Assembly: GCA_025594325.1 (NCBI GenBank)
Contig: JANHCV010000001.1
Span: forward strand, 4,092,001-4,156,000
Direction: 5' to 3'
DNA: 64,000 nt
Origin: Blastocladiella emersonii ATCC 22665
Taxonomy: Eukaryota; Fungi; Blastocladiomycota
This document shows positions 11,361 to 24,600 of this stretch, piece by piece (position 1 is the first letter of the stretch; the number at the start of each line of letters is the position of its first letter). A model generated the notes under the pieces. It saw only the letters and a program-made list of their open reading frames with translations, searched no databases and was not told the DNA's origin. The position numbers and the translations under genes are program-made.

Positions 11361-14300
11361 TCAGATCGAGTTACGGCGCGCCATGGGCGCCGCGCTGAGC
11401 CCGTGGCGCGTCTTCTCGCCGACGAACAGCTTGAGGACGCCCGACTTCTCCCAGTCGCGGACAATCTGCTTGCCGTACTCGTACCCGGCGTCGTAGATGG
11501 CCTGGAAGTTGCCGAACTCGAACCCGCCAAAGTGGGCGACGGGCGGGCGCAGGTAGAAGCACCCGGGGAGCTGCTTGGCCTCCTCGAGCTGGCGGATGCA
11601 CGACACGTAGGCGAGCTTGGACTGGATGTCGGCGAGCGACGGGATCGACTTGCCCTTGCGGAACGGGTTCCACCGGTTGAGCAGCACCTCGAACCCGGAC
11701 AGGCTGTCGTCGATGAACACCTTGGACGTGTCGTCGTCCGACGCCACGTCGACCATGATCACCAGGTCCGCCCCGAGCCCCTTCATCACGTCGCCCGGCA
11801 GGTTGTTGAGGTACCCGCCGTCCACCAGCAGGATCCCGTTGTCCGACAGCGGCGGCAGGAACCCGGACAGCGACATGGATGCCCGCACGTACCGCCACAG
11901 GTAACCCGTCTGGTGCACCTCCATGCGCGAATGCACGATGTTGGTCGTGATGCAGAAGTAGTTGAGCCACAGGTCCTCGACGTGGATGTCGCCGAACGCC
12001 TTCCACACGCCGCGGTTGCTACACACGGACACGAGTCAGCAGCTGCTGACCATCACTGACTCGGCGAAGAAGCAGAGCACGCACAACTGGTGGCCCGTAA
12101 GGTACGATGTGACAGGGTACGTGAGATCGACGAGCGTGCGCCAGACGGACGCCATGCGGCCCGAGAACGCCTTGAGCCGGCCGAACACGCTGACGTGGTC
12201 GACGTCGCGCGCGTACAGCCCGCCGACCATGGCGCCGATGGACGTGCCGCCGACCATATCGATGGGGATCCCGGCCTCCTCGAGGGCGCGGATCACGCCG
12301 ACCTGCGAGATGCCGCGCGCGCCGCCGCCGCCGAGCACGAGCCCGATCGACCGCCCGCACAGGCGGCGCGCGAGGCGGGCGAAATCAGACCGCGGACCGA
12401 GCGACTCCATGCCGGGCCGCGCGCGCCGCCCGCCGCCGTGCAGCTTGAGCATCAGCGGCGTGTAGTACTGCGAGTAGTAGTGCCGCAGCGTGCCTTTGAG
12501 GTGGTCGAGCGCGCCGCTGAGCCCGAGGTCCTCGGCCATGGGGCCGACGTACGTGCCTTTGCGTCCGCGGCGCGCAGCCGACTGGGCCGCGGGGTGCGCC
12601 GATGAAGACGTCGAGGTGCCGCCGTTCGCAGCACCCGAGCCCGGTTTCGCGCCGCCGCCGCCAGACTCGAACAGCGCCGCCGAGCTCGGGTCCACGTCCA
12701 TGGCGACGTGGTGGTGGCCGTGGATCCAGAGCCGGTTGTTGAGCCACGCCTGCGTGGTACCGTGCGGGCACGAGCGCGACGGGTGGAGGAGAACGAGCTC
12801 CTTGCGCGCGGTAGACTTGACGCCGAGGAGGTACCGCTCGTACTCGCCGACAGTGGGCGACTGGTTGGCGACGCCGACGAGCAGGACGCAGTCGGCCTGG
12901 CGGATACACCGCTGGGTCCATGGCGAGGTGACGCCGCCGTCGGCCACGTACAGGACAATGCGGTGGCGCGTCTCCTGCTCGGCGAGCCACGACATGAGCT
13001 TGAGCTTGCCCATGCGCGTGAACGCGTGTTTCCCGAGGACCGAGAGCACCGACGCCTGCGTGAGGAGGAGCGCCGACTCGCCGATGGTGTGGGTGAGCGC
13101 CGCGTACAGCTTGTCGGCGAACTCGACGACGGGGACTGCGGCGTGCACGGGCAGGATGGCGACGGTGCGCAGGTTGGCGTTGTTCTTGCCGAGGTCGCCC
13201 GTGGCGCGGGCCTTGGAGTGCTGCTGCGACCGGCTGGCGATGATGCGCGCCATGGCGAGCGTGATCTCCGGGTGGCGCAGCGCGAGCGCCTCGAACAGCG
13301 AGTGCGGCATCTGCGCGAGCTCCGTGTCGCGGATCGCGTGCGTCGTGTGCGGGCGCGAGCTGCCCATGAGCACCTCGAGCTCGCCGACCGACTCGCCCTG
13401 CCCGTGCTCGGACACCACGTCGAACGCGCCGTTTTTCTTCTCCTCGATGGCGCGCAGCCGCCCGTTCAGCACCATGTAGATGGAGTCGCTCGCGTCGCCC
13501 TGCCGGTACAGGACGTGCCCGGCGTTGACCTGCATCCACTCGAGCGCGAAATCGATGTGCAGGACCAGCGGGCTGAGCACCGACACGAGCCGCTGCGCGA
13601 GCGTCAGGATCACGGCGGGCTGCCGATCGACGAGCCGGTCGAGCGCGTGCTTGCCCATGAACCCGACGCACACGTCGGTGCGCGCCTCGAGCGACAGGAA
13701 CGATGCGTGCCCCGTGAGCGCCGGCATGTAGCCCGCGAGGCCGCCGGGCCGGATAAAGTACTGGTGCGCGGGCGAGGGCGCCGCGGCACCGGTCCGCCGC
13801 GCGTCCTTCGGCTGCTGCTGTTGCTGCTGCTGCGCCGCGGCGGCCGCCGTCTGCTGCTGGGCGGCCGCGAGCATCGGGCCCGGGGTACCGTCGCTCGCGC
13901 CGCGCGCGGACAGGTCCGACGGGCTGCCCGTGGCGACGGCGAGGAGACCGTCGATGACGAAAAAGAGACCGTCCATGGGCTGGCCGGGCTTGACGAGCGA
14001 CATGCCCTTGCGGTAGAAGCGGATCTCGACGTCGGACGTGTCGACCTCGGAGACGGCCGACGTGGCCGACACGGACGACGACAGGCTGCGGTGCGAGTCG
14101 TAGTGCGACGGACCACCGCTACCCGGGCCGCCACGGTGCAGGCCGTGCGACGGACCCGACGCGCGGCGCAGACCCGCGAGCCCGCCGTGGTGCGCGGGGT
14201 GCGTCGCACCACCGCCGCCGACATCGGATGGCACGCTCCACAGGTCCTCGGGGTTCTTGTCGGCCATGACAGCCGCGGCCGCGTCGCGCAGCCCGATCGT

Positions 14301-16612
14301 GTCGAGGATGCTGGCGAACACGGACCGGCGCAAGAACCCCTCCTCGTCGAGATCGTCGAACGCGCGGGTATCGACGCCGAGCACCGTGGGTGCCTTGCCG
14401 CCGGCGCCCGACGCGATCCCGGACGCGGCGAGGTTGGGCCGGCCGCCGGGGATCCCGGACATGGCGCGCATGGCGCGGGCCTGCGGCGTGGTGGCGGCCG
14501 CAAGGGCAGCAGCGCGCGGGTCCATGGCGCTGCGGTTTCCCGCGAGGTGGGTGGTGCTCGCCTTGGCCGAACCCGGCGGACTGCCGGCGTTGGCCGAGGT
14601 CGGCGCGGACGCGATCCCGGTGCTATCGCTGCCGCCGTCCGAGTTGGCGCTACCCGTTGGCGTGCCGCGCAGGTTGGCGGTCGCGAGGTGGAGCTCGGTG
14701 AGGCTCGCGCGGCGCGAGGACGTGCTCGCGGACGCCACGTCGGCCGCGTCCGACTCGACAGCCGATGCCGCGGCCCCCGCACCGGCGCCTGCCGACGCAC
14801 CCGTCGTCGTGGCGCGCGCGCTGCGGAAGACCGAGTGCGACATGTGGAACCGGCGGCGCAGGCGCTCGAGTCCGCCGGGGCGGAAGAACGACGACACGGC
14901 GCTGGGCCGCGCCGCGTACTCGTGCAGCTGCTGGTCAATGGCGAGCAGGGCGGCGGGGAGACCGAGGTAGTGCGAGAGCGCGGCGCAGGTGACGCGTTGG
15001 AACCGCGTCAGGATGACCTGCGCAATGTGCGCGGCGGCGTGAGGGTACTTGTCGAGGAGGCGCAGGAACGCCTCGGCGGGGATCACGAGCAGCGTCGAGT
15101 CGCGCGACGCGCGCGCCGTCATGCCCGTGTCGAGCGCCGGGAGCAGGTGGCCGTCGTACCACACGCCCGACGGCGACGTGTGCGGCGGGCCGACGCGCGG
15201 GTCGTGGATGAAGGACGCGCCGCGCGACGGGCCGCGCGATGCGTGGTGGTGCCGCGGCGCGGGGCCGGCGCCCGCCGTCGAGTAGGTGTGCGGGCCGGCC
15301 GACGAGTGGCGCGAGTGGCGGCCGGGCTGGCCGGCGGCCGTGGCGCCGTTGCTACTGCCGCCGAGCCAGTTACCGTTAAACCCGTTGGCGGCGCTGCGGC
15401 CGGACGCGGACCCGCTGCGCGAGTGGGTGAATGGCGGTGCGGCGGCCGAGGGGAACACGCCGGTGGGCTCCTGAATGGGCGAGGGTGTGGGCGAGGCCTT
15501 GGACAGGAGCGGGAAGACGGTGCCCTCGCCGGCCGAGCTGCCGTTGCTGCTGCCGGGGGTGCTCTCGGGGCGGGCCGGGGTATCGGGCGAGGAGGCGGCG
15601 AGCGGGTCCAGGGCGAGATCGCCGCTGGCGCCGGGATAGTTTTCGACGGTGGCGGAGCGCGAGCGCACGGCGGCAAAGGGCTGGTCGAGCGGGCCGGTCC
15701 ACGGCGAGGCAGCCGTGGGGACGGGCGGGACGGGCGGCGGCGGGACTGCGTCGCTGTCGGCGCCATTGGCGTTGAGGGTCGAGGAGAAGAGCGAGAGGAT
15801 GGAGAAGAGCGAGGACACGGTGCCGCCGGCGTGGACCTCGTTGAGGAGGGTGTGACCGGGGAGGGGCTCGTCGGGGTCGGGCGGCGGGGCGTAGAAGGAC
15901 GAGGAGAGCGGGGTCGACGAGGCGAGGCCGGGGGTGGTGGGGACCGTGTCGATGGGGTTGGCGTGCTCGGAGCCCGGGTTCTTGACGAAGACCTGGACAC
16001 AGCCCTCGACAACAATGTAGAAGTTGGTCTCGCCGGGCGAGTCCGAGGAGAAGAGGACGTCGCCGGCGGGCAGCTTGCGGGTCTGTTCGGACGAGGAGGC
16101 TGGTGAGCGAGATGAACGACGCGTCCGTGTAAGCATGAGAGAAGAACCTGCAGGCGGCGGGCGAGCTCGTGGAAGACGGGCTGCTCCATGTAGCCAAAGA
16201 TCTTGATGGACTGGAGGAAGGAGCCGAGAAACTCCTCGGCGTAGTTGAAGCCGGCGACGGGCTTGGTGTCGTCGTCGGCGCCGCCGCCGGTCGCGTCGGG
16301 GTGCAGGTCGTAGGAGGCGCCGAGCGGTTTGGCTTGAGCAGGGGGTTGCGGGAGGCGCGAGTAGCGCGTCAGGTACACGCGGTAGACGACCGTGTAGACG
16401 AGGGCGGCGGTCGCGGCGAGCAGGAACACGACGCCGCGATAGTCGAAGGTGAGGACGAGAGACCAGGAGAGCGCACGCGAGATCCACCCGAGCACGGTGG
16501 CGGGCAGGGTGACGACGGCAAACGACACGAGGTCGCCGACCACGGCGCTCACGACCGACGCGACGGACGCCGTCAGGTCGACGGCGGCATCGGCGGGAGG
16601 GGCAGCGGTCAT
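11361..16612 (-). CDS. NTE1: Lysophospholipase NTE1 / neuropathy target esterase (N-terminal TM, cyclic-nucleotide-binding domains, patatin domain), 3 exons
   Basis: Patatin motifs LVLGGGGARG, GGTSIG and LVDGGYLNN; CNB segments VLYRQGDASDSIYMVLNGRL and GESVGELE; DLHPD..YAEEFLGSFLQSIKIFGYMEQPVFHEL near the N-terminus. Confidence 0.95.
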
Positions 16613-17681
16613 AGGTGAGATGTATGGGGTATGGCGGGAATGGGTTGGGATGAGCGAGGGAGGGCCGGAGTGCGGATCGGCGGGATCAGGCCGGGAGAGG
16701 AAGAGAGTAGAGTGCAGCAGAGTCTACAGCGTCGCGGCGGGGGCAGGGCCCGTGGTCAGCAACGTTGAAGGGCGCAGGCGAGGGCGGCCGACTGGGACGA
16801 GATGCATGGGGAATCCGTGGATGGGCAACATGCCGACGTGGCGTCTAGAGGGTGCAGGACATCACCGCTGCATCGTTGAATGTTGGGCGGGGAGAGAGGA
16901 GAGCGAGGGAGGCCCGCTCGAGGAACGCGAGCGAGCGCGCAAGCGACCGATGACGTCGCGCGGCGTGAAAAGTGGGGGAGATGAACGAGGACCCGATTCC
17001 AGGAAGGGAAGGGCCTGGGTTCAGCGAGGGCCAGACACGCACCGGCGATCGCTTGCACGGGGACGATGGTCGGCGGGTGAGTCGGAGGAGGCGGTGGAGA
17101 GAGAAGAGGAAGAGGACGGACGGGATTCTCGTTGACGCGACTGCTGACGGCGCAGCGGCGATGACTGGCTGGCCGCGGTTGGGGACTTGGGCGTCACCAG
17201 CTCGGCGGCGTCCCCCCACCCTCGGCGCGGTGGTTGGGCGGTGAGGGCGGCGCTGCTATCAGCGACAACGTCACCGTGTTCGAGACGAATCGACGGCGGC
17301 GGCGGCGCGCGTGCGTGTCTCAGGTCGGCGGTCGAGCAAACGGCGACCACGACGCCGACGACGAGTGATGACAGAATGGAGCCAAGCGGGCCAGACCCCT
17401 GCCCGCCGCGTGAAATTCACCGTGCGCCGTGTTGTTGATCCGCGCGGCCGGTGGGTTGGCGTGATTGCAGGGCGGAGCGAGCGCGTCGTTCAGCGAGGGC
17501 AGCGGCCGTCGGTGGCCCCAGGATGACGTCAGCGCGAAGTGCGCCACCGGTGCGCCACTTGGAGCGCCGTGCACGTGCTGCGCCTCACGGTCGGAGCCCC
17601 TCGCGACACGTCACGTGGCGGCCGCGCTGTTCCAAGGCCCGCATCCGCGCCGCGCTCTCCTCTTGCGCGCCCCCATCGATC

Positions 17682-20600
17682 ATGACGAATTCGTTGCAGC
17701 GAAAGATCGCCGACGTGCAGCAGTCCATCGACTCGGTAGGCGTCGCCGCGCTCCTCATGTATCACACCGCGGTCTGACCACCATGCATCAACAACCGATC
17801 TGTCACCACTAGGTCCTCGTCCAGGCCGGTGTCCTCGATGGAAACGCCACCGCCAAGTTCGGCGCCCTGCTGACCTTCCTGGACCAGCACAAGGACCTCG
17901 CCGACGCCGAGGAGGACCGCTGCGCCGCCCTCTACCTCCTGGCCGAGGCCTGCAACGAGTACGCCTGCGCGATCCACCCTACAAACCGTGTGATCCCTCG
18001 CTGATCTCGCATCCACCATAGTGTCCCGCGCCCGCTGCTCAAGGCCGAGCGCGCCCCGCTCCTCGCCATCCCCGCCGCCATCGTGAGCATCGACATGGAG
18101 ATGGCCACCACCGTGCGCTACGCCCTGCGCTGCATGGAAAAGGCCTTCAACGCGCTTGACGCCGCCGCCTGGCGCGAGCAGCACGTCAAGGACGCCTTTG
18201 ACGTGGTCGTCGCCCTCGCCATCGACGACCGCGCCACGGTCCGCAAGGCCGCCCACCAGAGCATCCGCCACTTCCTCGTCAACCCACCACCGCCGCAGCA
18301 GGTCCACCCCGTGGCCAAGCACGCCGGTAACGCCATCGGCAAGCTTGCCCAGGGCCTGCTTGCCGCCCAGGACTACGCGAGCGCCGCCCACGTCCTCACC
18401 CTGCTCCAGCGCATCGCCTCGTTCCTCCCCGACGCCGTCGTCGAGCCCATGGTCGACCTGCTCTTCAACATCCCGCCCCTCAACATCCCCGACCTCACCC
18501 GCAGCGTCTTCCTCGTCTACGGCGCCATCGCCGCCCGCGACGCCGCCGTGACCCAGTGGGACGCGGCCAAGATCGGCGCCTTCACCGACGCCATCCTTTC
18601 GTCCAAGCCCCACTACGACGACCGCGTCCTCGGCGACGCCTGGCTCTCGGCCTGCTCGCACGCCGTCGAGGCCCTCTACCGCGTCAACCCGGCCCTGTGC
18701 GCCGCGCGCTTCCTCGCCCTCCTCACCGAGCACCTCTTCCCCTCGCTCCAGTCGACGCACCCGACCATTCTCGCCGCCGCCGCCCGCGTCATCAGCCACC
18801 TGATCGCCACCTGCATCCCCGCCGCCATGGTCGACCACGCCGTCACCACCGCGCGCGCCGCCATGCTGCCCGCGTCGCAGCGCGAGGACCGCGCCGACCT
18901 CGAGGCCATCATCATCACCTGCGAGCTCGGCCTCAGCGTCCGCTACAAGGCCGCGTGGCCGCACGTCCTGCGCATCCTCACCGCGCTCGTGCGCCGCCTC
19001 GGCCCGCACGCCGACGTGCTCATGCGCAACACGATCGAGCTGCTCGGCGATTTCTGCGAGAACGCCGAGTTCCCGCACCAGCCCGAGCTCGCCGAGTTCC
19101 TGTCGGTCGCCATCGAGTTCATGGGCCCGCGCAAGTTCCTCGCGGTGCTGCCGCTCAACATCCGCGAGGCCGGCCAGCCCGGCGTCAAGCCGCGCCCGTT
19201 CCTCCTGCCCCTCATTGCGGACGCCGTGCAGCGCACCGAGGTCGCCTACTTCACCCAGGAGTTTGTCCCCCTCGCCGAGTACCTGCGGTCGCGCGCCGAC
19301 GACTACCTCGCCAACGAGCGCGAGATCGAGGCCAAGGTCCACGACGCCCTCTACGTCCAGGTCTGGTCCACGCTCCCGGGCTTCTGCACCTTCCCGACCG
19401 ACCTCAAGTCCTCGTTCGGCGACCTCGGCAAGGTCCTCGAGATTGCGCTCAAGGACCACGACAACCTGCGCCCCGTCGCCTGCGCCGCCCTGCACAACCT
19501 CATCTCCAAGAACCAGGAGCTCGCCGCCATGAGCCCCGACGCGGTCCCCGCCGAGCTCGTTGCCGTCGGCCTGACCCCCGACGTCGGCGCCCTCAACGTG
19601 CGCGGCCTCGCGTCCACGGCCAAGATGTTCCTCCCGATCCTCTTCAACGTGTACAAGACGCTCAGCCCCAACGCGCGCGGCTACGTCGCCGCCCTGATCG
19701 GCGAGTTTGTTCAGATCGCGCCCGTCCAGCCCATCCAGCTGCTCTACTCGCAGATCATGCGCGTGCTGCAGAACCCCGAGTCCGAGGCGGGTGCCGTCGA
19801 CCTCGAGCTGCAGGCCGCGCTCCTCGACCTCGTCGCCCTGCTCATCCCACGCCTCCCCGCCGAGCCCATCAACACGCTGCTCCAGCTCGTGCTCCAGGGC
19901 CTGTCGTCGGCGCACCAGAAGAAGTGCTACAAGCTGCTCACGCGCATGCTCGCCATGGAGAACGGGCGCGCCGTGCTGCAGGCCAACCTGCCCGTCCTGC
20001 AGGAGCGCGTGCTCGTCGGCGCCACGCTCGCAACCGAGGCGTCGGCCAAGAAGTACCGCCTGCAGTTCCTGACGGCGACCGTCGACCAGCTCATGACGCC
20101 GTCGGCCGGGCTCGTCACGGCGCTGCTCCCCGAGGCCATGGAGTCGGTCAAGGAGGTCAACCACGAGTGCCGGTCGCTCGCCAACGAGCTCATCGTCAAG
20201 CTCGCCAACAAGATGCTCGAGGACGACGGCGGCGACGATGTCGTCATGGGCGAGCACGGCATCGAGCGGTTCATCACCACGGTCGCGGCCGGGCTCGTCG
20301 CCGGGTCGGCGCACTTCGTCTCGGCCACCATCGACGTGCTCGCGCGTCTGTGCTTCGAGTTCAAGGACCTCGTCTCGGACGAGCTGTTCACCAAGATGCT
20401 GACCGCGATCCTCCTGCTCGTGCAGTCCGAGAACCGCGAGGTGGCCAAGTCCATCTTCAAGTTCGTCAAGGCGGCGCTGTCGGCGTTCCCCGCCGAGACC
20501 ATCTTCCCGCACCTCCCACAGATCGTTCACACGGCGCTCGTCCTCGGCGACTCGTACGCGTCCGAGTTCAAGGTCGGCGTCCGCCACCTCCTCCAGCGCC

Positions 20601-21589
20601 TGTGCCGCGAGTTCTCGATCGAGGCCATCGACGCCCTTGTCCCCGAGAACCACAAGCGCCTCGTTGCCAACATCCGCAAGCGCACCAAGCGCGCCCAGCT
20701 CCGCAAGGAGGCCGGTTCCGCGGGCGCCGGTGAGGCCGACAGCGACGACGAGGCCACGGCCTCCGCCAAGCCCGCGGCGGGTCGCGGCGCCTCGTTCGCC
20801 AGCGCATTCGACGCCGTCGTGTACGGCGACTCGAGCGACTCGGAGCTCGACGAGGAGGCCGCCGCCGCGACCGCCGCGTCGCGCCGGTCCAAGCAGCAGG
20901 CGCAGCACGCCGGCAACCTGTACATCCAGGAGGGCGACGACGCGCCCATGGACTTCCTCGACCGACGCGTGGTCTCGCACGTGCTGTCGTCCAAGCCGCG
21001 CGCGCTCAAGCAGAAGCAGGAGGAGCGCAAGCGCAAGCTCGACGCCGAGTTCAAGGTCGGCGCTGACGGGCGTCTCGTCATCTCGACGACCGGCGGCAAC
21101 GACTCGGACACCGAGGAGACGCTCGCCAAGAACCCCGCGGCCGCCTTCGACTACTACATGGAGTCGGTGCAGTCGACCGAGGGCTTCACGCGCGCCGGCC
21201 GCCGCATCAAGTTCAACCACGCCGAGACCCAGGCCGCCCGCAACAAGGCCGAGTGGAGCGACGACGAGGGCGAGTCGGCGGCTGCCGCCCCGCCCACCAC
21301 GCTCGGCCGCCGGTACAACGTGGCCCACGGCCCGCAGGCCGTCGCCGCGGCCGCGCCCAAGGGCCTCGGCCTCGAGTACCGCGCCAAGAAGGCCGGCGGC
21401 GATATCAAGCGCAAGGGCATGCCCGACCCGTACGCCTACATCCCGCTGTCCGCCAAGATCGTCGGCAACCGCCACAAGTCGGTCCGCCTCACGGGCAACG
21501 CCAGCGTCGCCGGCGGGAACGCCAAGGGCGCCAAGGCCGGGTCGGGTCGCAAGACGATCGGGCACAAGATCAAGAAGCACAAGAAGTAG
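17682..21589 (+). CDS. RRP12: Ribosomal RNA-processing protein Rrp12 (HEAT/NUC173), 3 exons (17682-17735, 17813-17958, 18022-21589)
   Basis: Motifs ALAIDDRATVRKAA, QVWSTLPGFCTFPTDL and C-terminal GGDIKRKGMPDPYAYIPL; canonical GT-AG introns keep the frame. Confidence 0.92.
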
Positions 21590-21673
21590 GTTGGCGTTGT
21601 TGGGTTCTCGTTGGTAGTATATAGCATTCCTTTAGTCACAAACGAGTTTTATTGCACAACATTATTTTCATCG

Positions 21674-24600
21674 TCACCTCAGCTGCTGGTCGGCGAGGCG
21701 TACTGGGATCCCGTACACGACAGGCGCAGCACCAATCAGGAACGGGAGCTGGCAGTCGTCGCGCGCCGCGGCCACGGCCATCGGGAGCGGAACATTCACG
21801 TCAGCCTCAACAAGGCTGCGGGGCACGGGCACCTCGCCGGCGTCCGCGAGGTCGACCGCAGGGAGATGCCACGCGTCGGTGAGCCCGAACCCGAACTCGT
21901 CGGCCTGCTTGCCCGCATAGAACAATCCCCACCGGCGGAGCATCGACACCGTGTACCGGTCGATATCGCGGTCCGTCACGTCCCACAGGTTGGCGACCAC
22001 GCACCCGCCGCGCGACGCGAGCATCGCCAGCGCGTAGTGCACGGGCGTGCCGATCGGGTCGAACGTGCCGGGCGCGGTGAGTTTGCCGCTCGAGCAGCCC
22101 ATGAGGATGGCCGCGATGGGCGCGCGGCCGCGGCCGTCGCGTGTCAGCGAGTCGCGAGCGAGCAGGTGCTCGACGAGTTTCTTGGGACGACACAGCGCCT
22201 CGCCGCCGCCGTGGCCAATGTATAGGAACACGTCGTGCGCGGCCATTGACGCGGCAAAGTCGGTCGCGGAGGGTGCTGGCGCGCCAATGGTGCCGTGCCA
22301 CATGGACTCGTCGCTACAGGCGTGCGTATCGTGTCAGTATTCCTCGACACAAACATGGTGAAAGCGTCAAAGCGTACCGCAAGATTGGTTCGAACGTCGC
22401 CTGCGTGGTCGGGAGATCCTGCGACGGGTTGAGCACGTAGAACACCGAGTCGCGGTCGGCCGCGGGCCCGCCGCGGTCCGCCGCCGCGAGCAGTCCATGG
22501 AGCATCTCGAGCGAGAATACGCGGGACACGCTGCGTCCGCGCATCGCCGCCGTCGACTCCCACGGGATCGCGTGCAGGTGCGCGTCGAGGATGAGGACCG
22601 TGTGGTCGCCCGCGGCCGCCGCTCCGGTCCGGCCGTACCGGTGGCGCAGTGCGCGCAGCTCGGCCTCAAGGAACGCGACGAGCGGGTCGAACTCGACGTC
22701 GCCGGCGGCAGCGAGGTCCGTGGTCGCGACGCCGAACCCCTGGCGCGCGCACTCTTCGAGGATGAAGGTTGCCATGTCCTCGAGGTCGGCGGCCGTCAGC
22801 GATGTCGCGGTGGGCTTGCCCGACCCGGGGACGAGCGGGTTCGGGACGACGGGGACGAGGACGAGCGCGAGCCACGCCTCGACGACGAGGACCGGCACGA
22901 CGAGCGGCGCGCTGGTGCCCGGATGCCGCGCGGGCTCGACGAACGCGGCGAGGTCGCGCGCAAAATCACGGACCGCACCGCGCGGGACCTGCGCGCCGGC
23001 GCCGCCGACCATGCCGCGGAAGCATCCGAGCCAGCACTCGTCGATGGTCGCGAGGACGCGGAACAGCCGGCCGTCGAGCACGCGCCGCTCCTCCCACCAC
23101 CGGTACTTGGCCTCGCGTGACTTGTACTCGGCGCGGAGCATCGTGTTGCTGTCGGCGACGACGGCGTCGAGCCGCGCGAGGACCGCCGTGTACGACGTCT
23201 CCTCGCCCACCGCCGACTCGCCGCGCGTCGCGGACCGGAGCAGCGCGAGCCGCAGCGCGGCGTGGTAGGGGCCGCGGGTCACCGACACGTACAGCGCGTT
23301 GTGCGCGGGATCGACGGCGAGCTGGCACACGGTCCAGGTGCTGGGCACGCGCGGGTCGATGGCGGGGGCGGCGGCGGTGCCGCCGGACTTGGGCGAGGAG
23401 CGGGGCGCGGTCCCAGAGCTGCTGCTGTCGTCGCTGTCCTCGAGCCCGAGCTTCAGGCACAGCATGTCCTCCTCAATCGGGCCCTGGTCGCGCGGTGTGG
23501 TGCGCGACGAGAGGTCGCTCAGGAACTGGTCGATGACGCGCGCCGAGGACGGGGTGGCGGCTGGAAGGCCCGACTGCGACCGCCGCTGTGCCACGGGGGT
23601 CTCGCGCATCGCGGCCATGAACGAGGCCGCCGCGGCCGGGGACTGCGCGGGCGTGTCGGACGACGAGAGCCCAGCGTCGAGCGAGACGGATTGGCTCGAC
23701 GTGGACGCGCGGTACGGCGTGGTCGGGTTGTGGTGGCTGGCCAGTGACACTGCATGCGCAGTCCGCTCCGGCAGCGCGCGCTGCGGTGGCCGCGGCTCGG
23801 CAGCGTCGGACATGAGGATGCGGGCCATGCGGCGCGTCGTGACGCCGTGGCACGCCGACTCGAGCAGCGTGCGGACCGACCACGCGGCCGCGGCCGCCGC
23901 CTCGCCGTGCGCGCCCTGGCCCGGGTGCGCGTTGCCGGCGGCGAGGTCAATGGTGTGGACGTGGAGCAACATGTGCGCCATCTCAGCGAGCTCGTGCGGG
24001 TGCGCGACGCCGGCCGCGCGGCCGATAGCCTCCTGGAGGTGTATGCGGCACATCTGGAGCCGCGTGACGAGCCGGGTATCAAGCGTCACGCTCGGGTTGC
24101 GCGTGGTGCCAATCTCGGTCGCGTCGAGGAGGATAGCCGACTCGTTGAGCAGGGCGAGCTCGGCGACCTTGGCGAGGTGCGGCTTGACAATGGCGAGGAT
24201 GACGGCGGCCGCGTCGTGGACGAACCGCGGGTACAGCGGGCCGCCGAGGTTGAGCACGGCGAGGGCCTCGGTCACGATGCGCTCGGCGTCGCGCCGGTTA
24301 TTCTGCGCGAACAGCAGGCCGGCGCGCGCGCGAACGAGGTCGGCCTCCCACGGGACGAGCTCGCGGAGCTGCAGCTGCCCGTCGACGATCCGCGTTGGCG
24401 TACTCATCGAGGATGAGGAAGCGGACGACGCCACCGTCTGCTGCGCGGGGCCAGCGTGCAGGAACCGCTGCAGCCGCGGCGACTGGTACCGGCGCTGGTC
24501 GGCGGCGAACAGGTCGGCGACGTGGCGCGGCGCCTTGAGCCGCTGCAGCAGCGAGCGTGCGGCGTGGACCCACTCGTCGGCCTCGTCGACGGGCCCGGAT

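Noticed and set aside
17762-21580. 1272-aa minus-strand ORF, and similar long antisense ORFs (12708..16106 +, 23299..25224 +, 37259..38833 +, 43549..45654 -, 44832..46472 -, 50856..52550 -)
   Set aside because: These are shadow ORFs opposite well-conserved genes. Strong G/C third-position bias removes stop codons on the other strand, and the products are low-complexity with no motifs.
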